Positions 11,451 through 22,134 of a DNA stretch of 32,000 nucleotides are shown in pieces. Position 1 is the first letter of the stretch. Every line of letters begins with the position of its first letter. The stretch spans positions 900,001 through 932,000 of the forward strand of contig CP042461.1 of the NCBI GenBank assembly GCA_004563595.2, read 5' to 3'. Under the pieces are notes generated by a model that saw only the letters and a program-made list of their open reading frames with translations, did no database searches and was not told the DNA's origin. The DNA comes from Candidatus Saccharimonadota bacterium (GTDB taxonomy: Bacteria > Patescibacteriota > Gracilibacteria > BD1-5 > UBA6164). The position numbers were made by a program, and so were the translations under genes.

Positions 11451-11488
11451 CTTGAATTCTTTCCCCTTATAAGGGGAAAGAATTCAAG
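11451..11488 (-). promoter_or_regulatory. Long perfect intra-operon stem-loop between the thioredoxin gene and ccdA
   Basis: 18-bp perfect inverted repeat cttgaattctttcccctt (11451-11468) / aaggggaaagaattcaag (11471-11488) with a 2-nt centre, locally GC-richer than the flanks. It sits 10 nt after the upstream stop and 27 nt before the ccdA ATG. The minus-strand downstream sequence GGGCTTATTTAATAAT is only weakly U-rich. Confidence 0.5.
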
Positions 11489-11498
11489 TGAAGAGGTA

Positions 11499-12755
11499 TT
11501 AAGATTTCACTTCAGCTAAAATATCTTTTACACTTCTTGATCCGAACCATTTTTTTATCATGTTTCCATTATCATCAATTTGTACAAAAGTGTGTTGTCA
11601 AACAACTTCATATTGTTTTCTTAAAGCAGTACTCGAGTCAAAATCTACTTTAAAGATATTTAATCAAGCTGGTATAGTTTCTGCTGAAATATTCTTGTCA
11701 GCTGCTTTACAACTACTACACCAAGTTGCATGGAAGAATAAAATTTTATCTCATAATGCATTTTTTACTGCTTCTTGTGAATACTCAACATATTGTCATA
11801 TATTATTTTTCACTTCCTCAGTTTCTAAAACCGGCTGAACTTCTACCTCTACTTCTTCTTTTACTTCTGTTTTTGTTTCTTCTTGTATCTCTTCTTTTAC
11901 TTCTGTTTTTGTTTCTGTTTTCACTTTTATATTTTTATGTTCTCCTAGTCCACTTAATATATCTTCTACTGTTTTTGAAGCTCTCCACATTTTTAATTTA
12001 TTCATTTTTTTATCTACTTCTACAAAAGTATGCTGAGAAGTGACTCCGTATTTTTGTCTTAATTCAACATTTGAATCAAAATCTATTTTAAAAATACTTA
12101 AACCAGCTGGTATTTCAGATCCTCTCAGACTCGTATCAGCAGCTTTACATGTTGCACACCATGAAGCATGAAAGAATAATACTCTTCTTCATTTCCCTGC
12201 TTTTACTTCTTCTGCTACATTTGATTCAGTCACATCTTTATAAATACCTTTTTCAAAAGTCACAGATGTTTTTTCAGAAAATCATACTTCTCATTCTATA
12301 TCTTCTATAGTTTTTCCTCAAATCCACTTTTTTATCATATTTCATTCATTATCAACTTGAACAAAAGTATGTTGAGCAACGATTCAATATTTTTTTCTTA
12401 ACTCAAAATTTGAGTCGTAATCTACTTTAAAAACACTTAATCCAGAGGGAACTCATGATTCAGTTATATTCTTATCAGCAGTTTTACAACTCCCACACCA
12501 ACTTGCATTAAAAAATAAAACTTTCTTTCATTCTGTATTTTGAATAGCTTCTTTACTGTATGTAATATATTGTCATTTAGATTGATCTAAAGAAATATCT
12601 TTTATTTGTTTATCTTCAGTTTTTTGATCTTCTATATTTGTAACATTTGCAACTTTAGAATTTGTATCCTCCTGTACCTTTTGGTCTTGTCATGATGTAC
12701 ATGATGCTAAAAATAAAACTCATAAAATAGGTATTAAAACAAGTAATTTTTTCAT
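11499..12755 (-). CDS. Lipoprotein with three tandem thioredoxin-like domains (WCGSC, WCATC, WCSSC)
   Basis: 418-aa ORF (ATG 12753-12755, TAA 11499-11501), frame checked. Lipobox MKKLLVLIPILGVLFLASC. Three paralogous modules of about 95 aa each carry VLFF(N/H)A(S/T)WCxxCKxAD ... GL(S/N)(V/I)FK(V/I)D(Y/F)DS ... QHTFV(Q/E)(V/I)D. A K/E/T-rich linker separates modules 2 and 3. Confidence 0.9.
11855..11916 (-). repeat. Tandem 36-nt repeat in the K/E/T-rich linker of the triple-thioredoxin gene
   Basis: Identical 26-nt core cttcttttacttctgtttttgtttct at 11855-11880 and 11891-11916 (period 36 nt), encoding the repeated ETKTEVKEE units. Confidence 0.8.
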
Positions 12756-12904
12756 CTTTTTTTAAGATTAATATATAAAATGTATGTACATAATAAAACT
12801 CTACCTTAAATTATTCTTAATAAAATAATTATTTGAAAAATACTAAAAATATCTATAATGATTACCTGAAAATATAATTAATAACATTACTTAAACCTAA
12901 AGAT

Positions 12905-13813
12905 ATGCACGCAATAAAAATAAAGAAATTAGTGAAAAAATACGGGAAATTAGAAGTACTGAAGAAGATAGATTTAGAAGTAGAAAAATGAGATTTTTTT
13001 GCTCTTTTATGACATAATGGTGCTTGAAAAACTACTATTATTTCTATTCTTACCAACCTCGTAAATAAAAATTCTTGAAAAATTGAAATAAATGGAATCG
13101 ATATAGATACAGACTTCAAAAAAGCAAGAAGCTATATATGAGTGGTCCCTCAAGAATTTAACTTTGATATTTTTTCAAAAGTACAGGACATCCCTCTTAT
13201 TCAAGCAGGATATTATGGAATTGATAAAAAAACAGCTGCAGAGAGAACAGAAAAGTATATGAAAAAACTTGGTCTCTGGGAAAAAAGAGATGTAAAAGCT
13301 AGAGAGCTGAGCTGATGAATGAAAAGAAGGCTTATGATAGTAAGAGCACTGGTTCATGAGCCAGAAATACTTATTCTTGATGAACCAACTGCTTGAGTAG
13401 ATGTAGAGCTCAGAAAAAGTATGTGGGAATTTATAGAGGGGCTCAATAAAGCTTGAACTACTATAATACTCACAACACATTATTTAGAAGAAGTTGAGGC
13501 TCTTTGTAAAAATGTTGCTATCATGCATAAGTGAGTTATTGTCGAAAATACATCTGTAAAAAACCTCTTATCACAATTAAAAAAAGAGACTATCATTCTC
13601 TCTACATCAAATGAGAATATTAAACTTGATGCAGCATTCAAAAGAAAATACTCAGTAAAATTACATGAAGACAATGAAATAGAATTAGAAATCTCTCAAA
13701 AACACTCTCTCAATGAACTTTTTAAAGAGCTTGATAAAGCAGGAATAGAGGTTACCAGTTTTAGAAACAAAACAAATAGACTCGAAGCATTATTTATGAA
13801 ATTATTAAAATAA
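12905..13813 (+). CDS. ABC transporter ATP-binding protein (ABC-2/drug-exporter type)
   Basis: 302-aa ORF. Walker A LLGHNGAGKTT (TGA at 13010-13012 and 13025-13027), signature LSGGMKRR (both Gly are TGA, 13313-13318), Walker B ILILDEPTAGVD, H-loop LTTHYLEE. 10 of its 18 Gly codons are TGA. Confidence 0.93.
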
Positions 13814-13824
13814 AAATTACAACT

Positions 13825-14580
13825 ATGATAGATTTAATCACACTTACAAATAAAGAAGTCTCTAGGTTTTTAAGAGTCTGGAAACAAACACTTCTACCAC
13901 CAATAATTACAATAGTTCTCTATTTACTTATATTTTGAAAATTTATCTGAGATAAAATTTCAATTGTAGAATGAGTAAATTATATAGATTTTATATTTCC
14001 ATGATTACTCATGATGTCTGTTATTATGGCGAGTTATCAAAATACCAGTTCATCATTCTTTGGTTCAAAATTTCAGCATAATATAGAAGAGCTCTTTGTT
14101 TCTCCAATAGCACATTGGAAGATACTCGTTTGATTCTGTGTATGAGCTATTCTCAGATGAATGATGGTATGATGATTTGTGTTTCTTGTATGAATATTCA
14201 TGGTAGACTTAAATATAGTCAGCTATGCATACATGTTTTTATTCTTATTTCTCAGTTCAACTCTCTTTGCTTTATTATGACTCTTTAACGGTATATTTGC
14301 AAAGACATTTGATGATATTGCTATCATTCCTTCATTTGTAATTACTCCTCTTATTTACTTATGATGAGTATTTTATTCTACAGACCTCCTCTCACCTATT
14401 TGGCAAGCAATCAGTCAAGTGAACCCTATTCTCTATATGGTAAATGGTCTCAGGTACGCTTTTATAGGAATTACGGATGTAAATATAAACCTTGCTATCT
14501 GAATACTAGTGACCTTTATCATAATCTTTATATCTGCAAATATGTATTTATTGAAAAAATGATATGGTATTAGAAATTAA
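13825..14580 (+). CDS. ABC-2 type transporter permease
   Basis: 251-aa ORF starting 11 nt after the ATPase stop. About six hydrophobic helices. N-terminus LTNKEVSRFLRVWKQTLLPPIITIVLYLLIFG and a C-terminal region NPILYMVNGLRYAFIG typical of ABC-2 permeases. Confidence 0.85.
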
Positions 14581-14615
14581 AAAAAGACTCTGTAAAAATT
14601 ACAGAGTCTTTTTTT
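14581..14615. terminator. Bidirectional terminator between the ABC permease and the A2M gene
   Basis: aaaaagactctgta-aaaat-tacagagtcttttt: stem gactctgta (14586-14594) / tacagagtc (14600-14608) flanked by an A-run and a T-run. Confidence 0.85.
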
Positions 14616-14622
14616 AATTTCT

Positions 14623-17600
14623 TTATTTTACTTTAAATATCTCTCATCTTGTTCTTCAGAATACTTCTACATTATAAAATTCACTAATTTTTGTTGGTTT
14701 TATATGGTATTCTCAAGCATGAGTTAGTCTGATAAGGTAACTAAAGTTATGAATACCATTATACAGTCTATCTGTATAAGCAAAGTATCTATCAGTTCTA
14801 TATTCTTGTTTTTGGAAAAGGTTATTATTAAATCTATTCGTAGCTTTTGTTGATGTTGATAAATTTGGATTCACAAGCTCAGATCCTGCTGGAATAAATC
14901 ATTCAAATGCCACTTTATTTCTTGTTTCAGATGTTATAATCTTGTTTCTTACTACTATTAAATCTCATACATTTCATAGCTTAATAGGAGCAAGATATTC
15001 ATATATATCTTTTGGATATTTTAAGTCTTTATATGATGCTTCTCATTTATGATACTTTTTATTCTCTTCTTTTTTGAGATTATATATTTTATTATATTCG
15101 TTGTAATCATAATAATACCTTTCAACAAAGAATCATTCATCACGTGCTTTTATATCTTTTGTGTCTTTATAATAGCTAAGGTTTAAGTCATAGTATACCG
15201 TTCACTTTCAAGATTTATTAATGGTAAAATTACTTGATGATTTTATATTGTCAGTTTTGAGTGATGTAGAATATACTTCCATTTTATTATTTTCATCAAA
15301 GTTTTTTTCAGCAATGGTATCATTATTTATCTTTAGTTTTGCATGAAATTTGATATTTTTTAATTCTCCTGATGATTCTATATATTTTGTAACTCCTTTG
15401 ATAAGAGCAATATTATCCTGTGTTGATCAGAATGATCCATCTTTCTTATTTGATATAATCCACCTATTTATATTATCAACTATTGAATCGAGATCATCAA
15501 ATTTTTCTAATCAGATCGTTGATACAGCTTCAAGAAGAGAAACTGTATTTCTAAACGCTGAATAATATGAAGTTTTACCAATAAATGCTCCTCTTGGGTT
15601 AAACACAAGCTCTTCAGATATAATTTTATCAACTATTTGTTTTGCTTCTTTTTCTAACTCACTTCTTTCATCTTTATTTATTTCCTGAACTTTTAATAGT
15701 TGGGATATAAGTTTTACTTTTTCTAGTTTTACAGTATTTGAATATGTCTTATCTATTTCTAATAATTTCCACATTTTATATGCTTCATAATCTGTTGTAT
15801 CAAAACTGAGTATTGCTGAGATAGCTTTCATTCTATCAATTTCACTATACTTACAATCATTGTATTCTGTTACTTGGCATCATTCAATATAATTTTTATA
15901 AAACCTTGTTTTTAAATACTTCGTTGTTTTATAATACGGAGCTTCTTCTAACTTATATCAAATTTCTCTTATAGAAGCAGCACTCTGTAAAATATATGAA
16001 CTCAGATCAAAGTCTGAATAATTTGGTCAATAGCTCACATCATACCAATAGACAAATCCTCCATCATATTTTTGATATTTTCTAATGTTCACTAAATACT
16101 CTTTGATTGTTTGATCAATTGATTTTTCAGAATATCATTCATATTCTCATGCCCAATATTTGAGCATTTTAGTTTGTAAATTATATTCTTCTCAAACAGA
16201 ACTATATAATTTCTTAATAAATATATTTGGCATAATAGCTGAAGTTTTTTGTTCAGAACAACCGTATGGATATCTATTTAAGTAATCGATCCCATCTGTG
16301 AGGTTACTGAGGAGTGTTGCTGAGTAATTGGCTGTTATTTTTCATTTTGAACTGTTTATATTTCCAAGCTCTAGTTTCTGTTCGAATGAATCATTTTTTG
16401 TTTTTCAAAAAGTAGAAACTGATTCTTGTGTTGATGACTCGTGAATCTGTACTTTTTTTTCTATTTCATCTTGATGCTGATTATCTTCTGATACTGCTTT
16501 AAAAGTAAGAGTACTAAAGAAAAAATCATTTTTTTCACTTAAGCCTATATCATCAACTGTAACATCAAAGTGAACGGTTTTTTGATCTCCATTTTTAATA
16601 AATATTTTTTGTTTATTTTCCGATATATTTTTTAGATTTGTTGCAGAAAGCATTACACTAAATATTTGGTCTTTCCCTGTCTTATTAAATACTACTGGTG
16701 AGAGCATTATACTATCATTTGATACAAAAAATCTTGGAAGATTATCATTTATGAGTAATTCTTTACTCGTAATAATAGTAGTATATGTTACTCATACTTT
16801 ATTCCCTATACTTGTATTTGCCAGAGTTTCAATCACCCATGTTGTAAGGTTATCTGGAAGATTTGTTGTCGTCATACTTACTTTTCAATTTGTATCCGTA
16901 GTCACATCAGCACTCCAATATGCTGTATCTTTAAATGTTCCTCTTTTCTTTTTTGAATCTCATCATTTTACCCTGTCTCATGCTCATCATTTTTCTCCAT
17001 CACTGGTATCTTTTACCTCTAATTTTTCAATAAGAGTTTTGAGTGATCCATAAGTATATGTTCATAAATACCTTTTCATATCATAGAAAAATGCATATGG
17101 GTTCTTTCTTGGGTTTCATTTGAGTGCTAATAGACTCTCATCAACTAGTGATATACTCAGGTTAGTATTTGCAATAGGATTTCAGTTCTTATCTTTTGCT
17201 TGTATGTCTAATTTTACTTTCTCTCATGGAAGATATTTTTGTTTGTCTGTTTTTATATCTATGAATATTTTTTTATCTTCGGTATCTACCTTTGTAACTG
17301 TTAATGCTCTTTTATATATTGGAAGTGGATTTCCTTCTTGTTGTCATATGAGGTATGCTCTCAGATAATAGTTTGGATAGTAGGTATCTTTTACATCTAT
17401 AGTGATTTTATCTGAAAATGACTGAATATCATGTATGAAGTAATCAAGTATCGCATCATCTTTTTCAACTATGAAAAGTGCTTTTCATGAAGACACAGGA
17501 GTTTTTAACATGTATTCAGCTGTATCTCCTACTTTTATTTTCAACTTATCAGCAACAAGCTCAGTTACTGAGTTATTCTCATTTGGCCATATAATATAAT

Positions 17601-20600
17601 CTGCTCATGCTACATATACTACTTTTGAACTTATAAACTCTTTGTTATTTTTTCAAGTATAGATTGCTTTGATAAGATATTCTCATGAAGTTTTTGTTTT
17701 AATGTTCTTTTTGAATTCTCCAAGAGTATTTGTAGAGGTAAAAATATCTTTTTCTTTTATTTCTTCAAGTGAATAATCATTATAGAACACTCCATCAACT
17801 CACTTTTTTTTCACTGATTTCCATTCTCTTTTAATCAGTTCTAGTTTCACTTTTTTATTAGCGAGTACTTGAGCATCAAAATTAAGCACTACTCAATTTA
17901 TATCTATTCAGCTTTCTTTACTATTATAATAATTTGTTTTTATCCCAACGTATGCATCTGTGGTATGAAGAATTTTTGATACTGATTTATTTACCACTCT
18001 TTTTGTATCAGGATCAGTCACCTCTATATTAAATCTGTGAAGCTTTTCTCAGAAATTATCATCAAATTTATAAACTAGATTATAAGTTCCATCATCATGA
18101 ATATCAAATGAGCTCGTGTCGATAAGCTTATCACGATAGTTACAGTATCCCCAATACACACATTCAAAATATTTATATCATTCTCAAAAATTATAATCAG
18201 AATAGTCTTTGGCATCAAAGAAATAGTTTTGAGTAAGTATACTATATTTTCATGATGTATTTATAATTTTCCCACCAAAGTAATACTCAGGTTTCACTTG
18301 TATTTGCACCGAGTCTCATAGAATAAAATCTTTTTTGCTCTCAGAGGTTTCCAACTTAAAGTCTGGTTTCCTATACTCTTCAATATGGAAAAAAGCATTA
18401 TTTCTTACACTATTTTTGTCTGCTGTTCCAGTAAACCTAAAACGAAATTTTCATAAATTTACTTCTGCTGGTATAATAAATTCTCCTGAAAAATTTGAAT
18501 TATCATCTATTGTAATATCTTTTGAGGCTATACTTTTTCCAGATGGATCTATCAGTTCTAGCTTTGCTGTTTCACTTTTTGATTTTGTATATCATGTTGG
18601 AGAAAAATATCTTAATAATCATTTAAAGTAGACGATATCTCCTGGTTTATAAATAGGTCTTTCAGTATATAAATACAAATAATCTTTTTGTGATGAACTC
18701 TCACCTGAGATATATTTAAAATCATAATTTGAAAAACTATCATATCTCAAGTTTAAAAATCAATAATTATTTTCTCATGATGCAGCTACGTAACTAAAGT
18801 CAGAGTTTTCTATTTCATATACTCCATTCACATATGTAGATTTTGGTGTTACAACACTATCTTCCTGTTTGTATGACTTTTTATTATATTGAGTTTTATA
18901 AAACTTGAGATTAAGGTTTGGAATACTATTTCACCCAAAGTCAGTGATATATAATAAATTTTTATTTGATGCTTTCTCAAAATATACCGAAAGATTTGAT
19001 TTTTTATATGTTGTCTCAAATTTATCCTGTCATGGATGTGTTCATGCTGAAACTATAATAAACTTCTGGGTGAATTTAGTTCCTAAAATATCTTCTTCTA
19101 AATCAAACCTGTTATTTGATAGATTCCAATTATAATTTTTTAATTGTAGTTGTTTTGTTTGTGTATTATTACATTTTTTAACATATCAGTTCTGGTACCT
19201 ATTTGCCAGATGATATATATAATTTATCTCATCCATTTCACATACTTCTACGTGTGCTTCACTATTATTAATAGATTGTAAATTCATTACTATCGGCAAA
19301 TTATCAGGAATAGTGTTTACATCATTTGAAAGGCCTGAATAAAGATATTTATCTTTATCTAAAATGTCTTTTGTTTCTACTTTGTATTCAAGCGTATTTT
19401 CTAAACTATTATTATATATATCCACAAAGTTATTCTCGATTGCAAGTAAGTAGCTTGAATGTGGATTGAGCCTTGTATTTAATACATAAAGAAATTCTCA
19501 TGATTTTGCTTTTCTACAATATCATAATTCTTCTAATTCTTGATCAGGTTTTCATTTTAATTTATAGGGTATATGTTGGTACCCACTTACTCATTTTTGA
19601 ATAGATTCAGGGCTTGTACTATATACATGAACACTTTGTTTCCATGCGTTTATTTCATTATTGAGGTATAAACATGTTTTTGAATAATTAATAAATTTCA
19701 AATCTTTCACTATCAGTTTGTCTGTTGTATCATAAGTAGTCACAATGTCATCTGTGAGAGATTTATTTATAACTTTGAGTACTTGAAGAGTATAAGCTGT
19801 TTTATAATTCAGATCTGTCTTTAAAGTGAGTTTAATTTTCTTTTTATTAATAACTACTTCATCCTTTTTAAGTTCTTTATTATATTTTTTTTCTTCTCTA
19901 TAACTGATATCAAAGTCTATTTTTTCATTATTACTCGAAAAAGAAAAGTTAGTTTTATTCAACTCTACTTCTTCATAAAAATTTAAATGAAAAAATAGAT
20001 CTTTATTTGCTATTTTACTTTTGTTACGCTGATAAGTGGAGTCTAATAAAACTCATGTTGAAGAATATATATTTTGGTATGCATCAATACTATCTAAAAG
20101 CTCTATCGTTTTGAGCTGTTGAAATATAGGTTTGGTAGTAGAGATATTTCCATTTTTAGACTTTAATCCAGTTGCTATTTCTAGAGTATATTGGCTGTTA
20201 TATGTAAATCCATCATGAGAGAGAGAAAAATGAGTATCTGATATTTTTAAAACTTTTACATCAAGTGCTGGGCTTTTATTTTTTGCTCAAATTTTATTCT
20301 CAAATAATTTGAATTTACTTTTTAATTCATCGATACTGACAGGAAAATTAAAATTGATATTAATTCCCTCAGTTGGAGCAAAATTTTGAGAAAAATATGC
20401 TTGTAGCTTTGTTGTTGATAATTCTATTTCTTTTGTTTCTTGAAGTTTATATAATAAACCTTCTCTATCCTCTACTTTTACTGAATATTTTGTTGCTCAA
20501 ACAAAAGAATCATTAGGAGTAAATTCTAAAACTGAAGTTGTGGTCCAACTACATTTTCATTCAATTTTTGGTTCAATAACTATTGGACATGGAAGAGAGT

Positions 20601-21120
20601 CTCTTGAATCTAAATCTGTAAGAGGAACCATTGGTATATTAAAAAATACAGCCAAGCTTTGTCACAGATTATTTAATTCTCATGATGGAGTTATTTTGAG
20701 AACTTTTGCTCACGAAACAATTTCAATAAGGAAATGAATATCACTTTCAAGTGCCCTTCATTTTTTTGTTTGTAATCATTTTAAAAAACTAATACTCAAT
20801 TCATCTCAAGTCTTATTCTTCTCAAGAAAGGTATATCTGAGTACATTTGATTGAAGCATAGATATCTTCCCTTCAATATTTGATTCAAAGTTTTGTATAC
20901 TTGTTTCATCTAAATCATACGAAAAAGTGAAGTCTATATGATCTTCTGTTACTGGTATTTTTTTATATCACAAATCAAAATTTCAAGCTGTAACTTCAAA
21001 TTTTGCAGGGGCTAGGTTTTCAAAAAAGTTTGTATTTTTTTGAAAATGAAAGAACCCAGTAATTACAAATATAAATATTACTAGAGCTGAAATCATTGCA
21101 TATCTTTTCCTCTTTTCCAT
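14623..21120 (-). CDS. Bacterial alpha-2-macroglobulin family protein (thioester-containing, N-terminally membrane anchored), 2165 aa
   Basis: Every triplet from 21120 down to 14623 was checked: no TAA/TAG and dozens of TGA. N-terminal anchor MEKRKRYAMISALVIFIFVITGFF. MG-domain signatures TERPIYKPGDIVYFKG and FHIEEYRKPDFKL. RGTFKDTAYWSADVTTDTNGKVSMTTTNLPDNLTTWVIETLA. Thioester site YPYGCSEQ. C-terminal receptor-like region VAFEGFIPAGSELVNPNL ... EYRTDRYFAYTDRLYNGIHNFSYLIRLTHAGEYHIKPTKISEFYNVEVFGRTRGEIFKVK. Confidence 0.92.
16249..16272 (-). other. Thioester motif YPYGCSEQ of the A2M homolog
   Basis: The minus-strand codons TAT CCA TAC GGT TGT TCT GAA CAA can be read directly. This is the CxEQ thioester signature (E. 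coli YfhM has CLEQ, eukaryotic A2M has CGEQ). Confidence 0.85.
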
Positions 21121-21151
21121 GTGTTGATATTTTAATTATAAACTCTTTTAT

Positions 21152-21179
21152 ATTTTAGATTTTTTAGTAAGATTGTAAA
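21152..21179 (-). promoter_or_regulatory. Possible sigma70-like promoter for the A2M gene
   Basis: Minus strand TTTACA (21174-21179), 16 nt spacer, TAAAAT (21152-21157), about 30 nt upstream of the ATG and downstream of the preceding terminator. Such matches are frequent in AT-rich DNA, so this is weak. Confidence 0.25.
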
Positions 21180-21203
21180 GAAGTTTTGTAGTATTTTTTT
21201 GTT

Positions 21204-21230
21204 TTAAAAAACTCCCTTGGTTGAGGGAGT
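21204..21230 (-). terminator. Rho-independent terminator separating the hypothetical gene from the A2M gene
   Basis: Stem actccct (21211-21217) / agggagt (21224-21230) with loop tggttg, followed on the minus strand by TTTTT. It starts 8 nt after the stop at 21238. Confidence 0.75.
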
Positions 21231-21237
21231 TCAAATC

Positions 21238-22065
21238 TTATTTTTTTGTTTTTATAATGAATCAAATAATGAAAATAATAAAAATTCAAATAATATAGTA
21301 TAAATTACCGATTTTATTATTTTCAGAAATAGCTAGTATTTCTTCCTTATCCAAGAAATCCTTATTATCTATATAATTTAAATTTTTATTTATAGCACTT
21401 TTACCTTTGCAGAATCATCCATTTTTAATAACTTCATTTACAATTTTTTGCTGAATTGCTATTTTTTCTTCCTCAGAACTATATTTTTCATATGGAATTC
21501 ATATAGATTCAAATATAACAGGTCAAATACCTTCAAACAAAGAGTTGCAATCTATAACTCAGTCTATTCATATCCCTGTTCAGTCTATTTTCGTAATACC
21601 ATTTTTCAAATATACCTGAGAAATTTCTTCTTCCCATTGATCTTCAGATTTTTTTTCAGGGGTATTTCTATTTATAGCAAAGTCTCCCCTCTTATCTCTA
21701 TAATTAGTGATAATAGTGTCTCATTTTTGAGGACGATATCATCCATTTTTCACATATTCCGATGCTATCATATCCAAAGAAAACTCACTCGTTGAAACAT
21801 ATACTCATTTACTCAATAACTTGGTTTCATCTCATCTATGAGTAAAATATTTATAATTTTCAAGTTCAAACACATAATACTTTCTCTTATCCTCTCATAC
21901 TTCTAAAGAATAATATGGATCTTTATCCAAAGTAATAATCTTTACATTTCATACCTCTCATAAAATAAAACCATATTCTATTTCATTAAGTCATTTTCCC
22001 CCTCAAGCAAAAGAGTCAGCAAGAAGAAATATTTGCAGTAATAATATGCATAATATTTTTTTCAT
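21238..22065 (-). CDS. Hypothetical exported protein with an N-terminal signal peptide and a C-terminal hydrophobic anchor plus basic tail
   Basis: 275-aa ORF under table 25, frame checked, with many in-frame TGA. N-terminus MKKILCILLLQIFLLADSFAGGG. C-terminus NNKIGNLYYIIGIFIIFIIGFIIKTKK-stop. No recognisable catalytic motif. Confidence 0.7.
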
Positions 22066-22090
22066 AACAATATTTATTATCTAGTAAAAT

Positions 22091-22114
22091 AAGGGTGAGT
22101 TTAAACTCACCCTT
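22091..22114 (-). terminator. Terminator hairpin after the amidase-domain gene
   Basis: Perfect 10-bp stem aagggtgagt (22091-22100) / actcaccctt (22105-22114) with loop ttaa, followed on the minus strand by ATTTTA (modest U-tract). Confidence 0.65.
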
Positions 22115-22134
22115 GTAAAAGTCAAGCAACTATC

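Noticed and set aside
11726-12043. Leu-rich 105-aa plus-strand ORF and acidic 69-aa minus-strand ORF (11796-12005) as separate small genes
   Set aside because: The plus-strand ORF is antisense to the K/E/T-rich linker. The minus-strand ORF is simply the in-frame middle of the 418-aa triple-thioredoxin gene once TGA is read through.
12833-12859. TTGAAA ... TATAAT promoter-like pair upstream of the ABC transporter genes
   Set aside because: The spacer is only 15 nt, and such hexamers occur by chance in AT-rich DNA. This is not enough support to call.
16751-17368. Plus-strand ORFs 16751-17053 and 17120-17368 (also 18335-18631, 18905-19135, 20540-20737)
   Set aside because: All are antisense to the continuous A2M frame and have no motifs. 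They are typical shadow ORFs.
14623-21120. The giant minus-strand ORF as an RTX/CDI-type toxin or generic adhesin
   Set aside because: The thioester CxEQ site, MG-domain signatures and the A2M C-terminal receptor-like region identify it as an alpha-2-macroglobulin homolog. No toxin or repeat-in-toxin motifs were seen.
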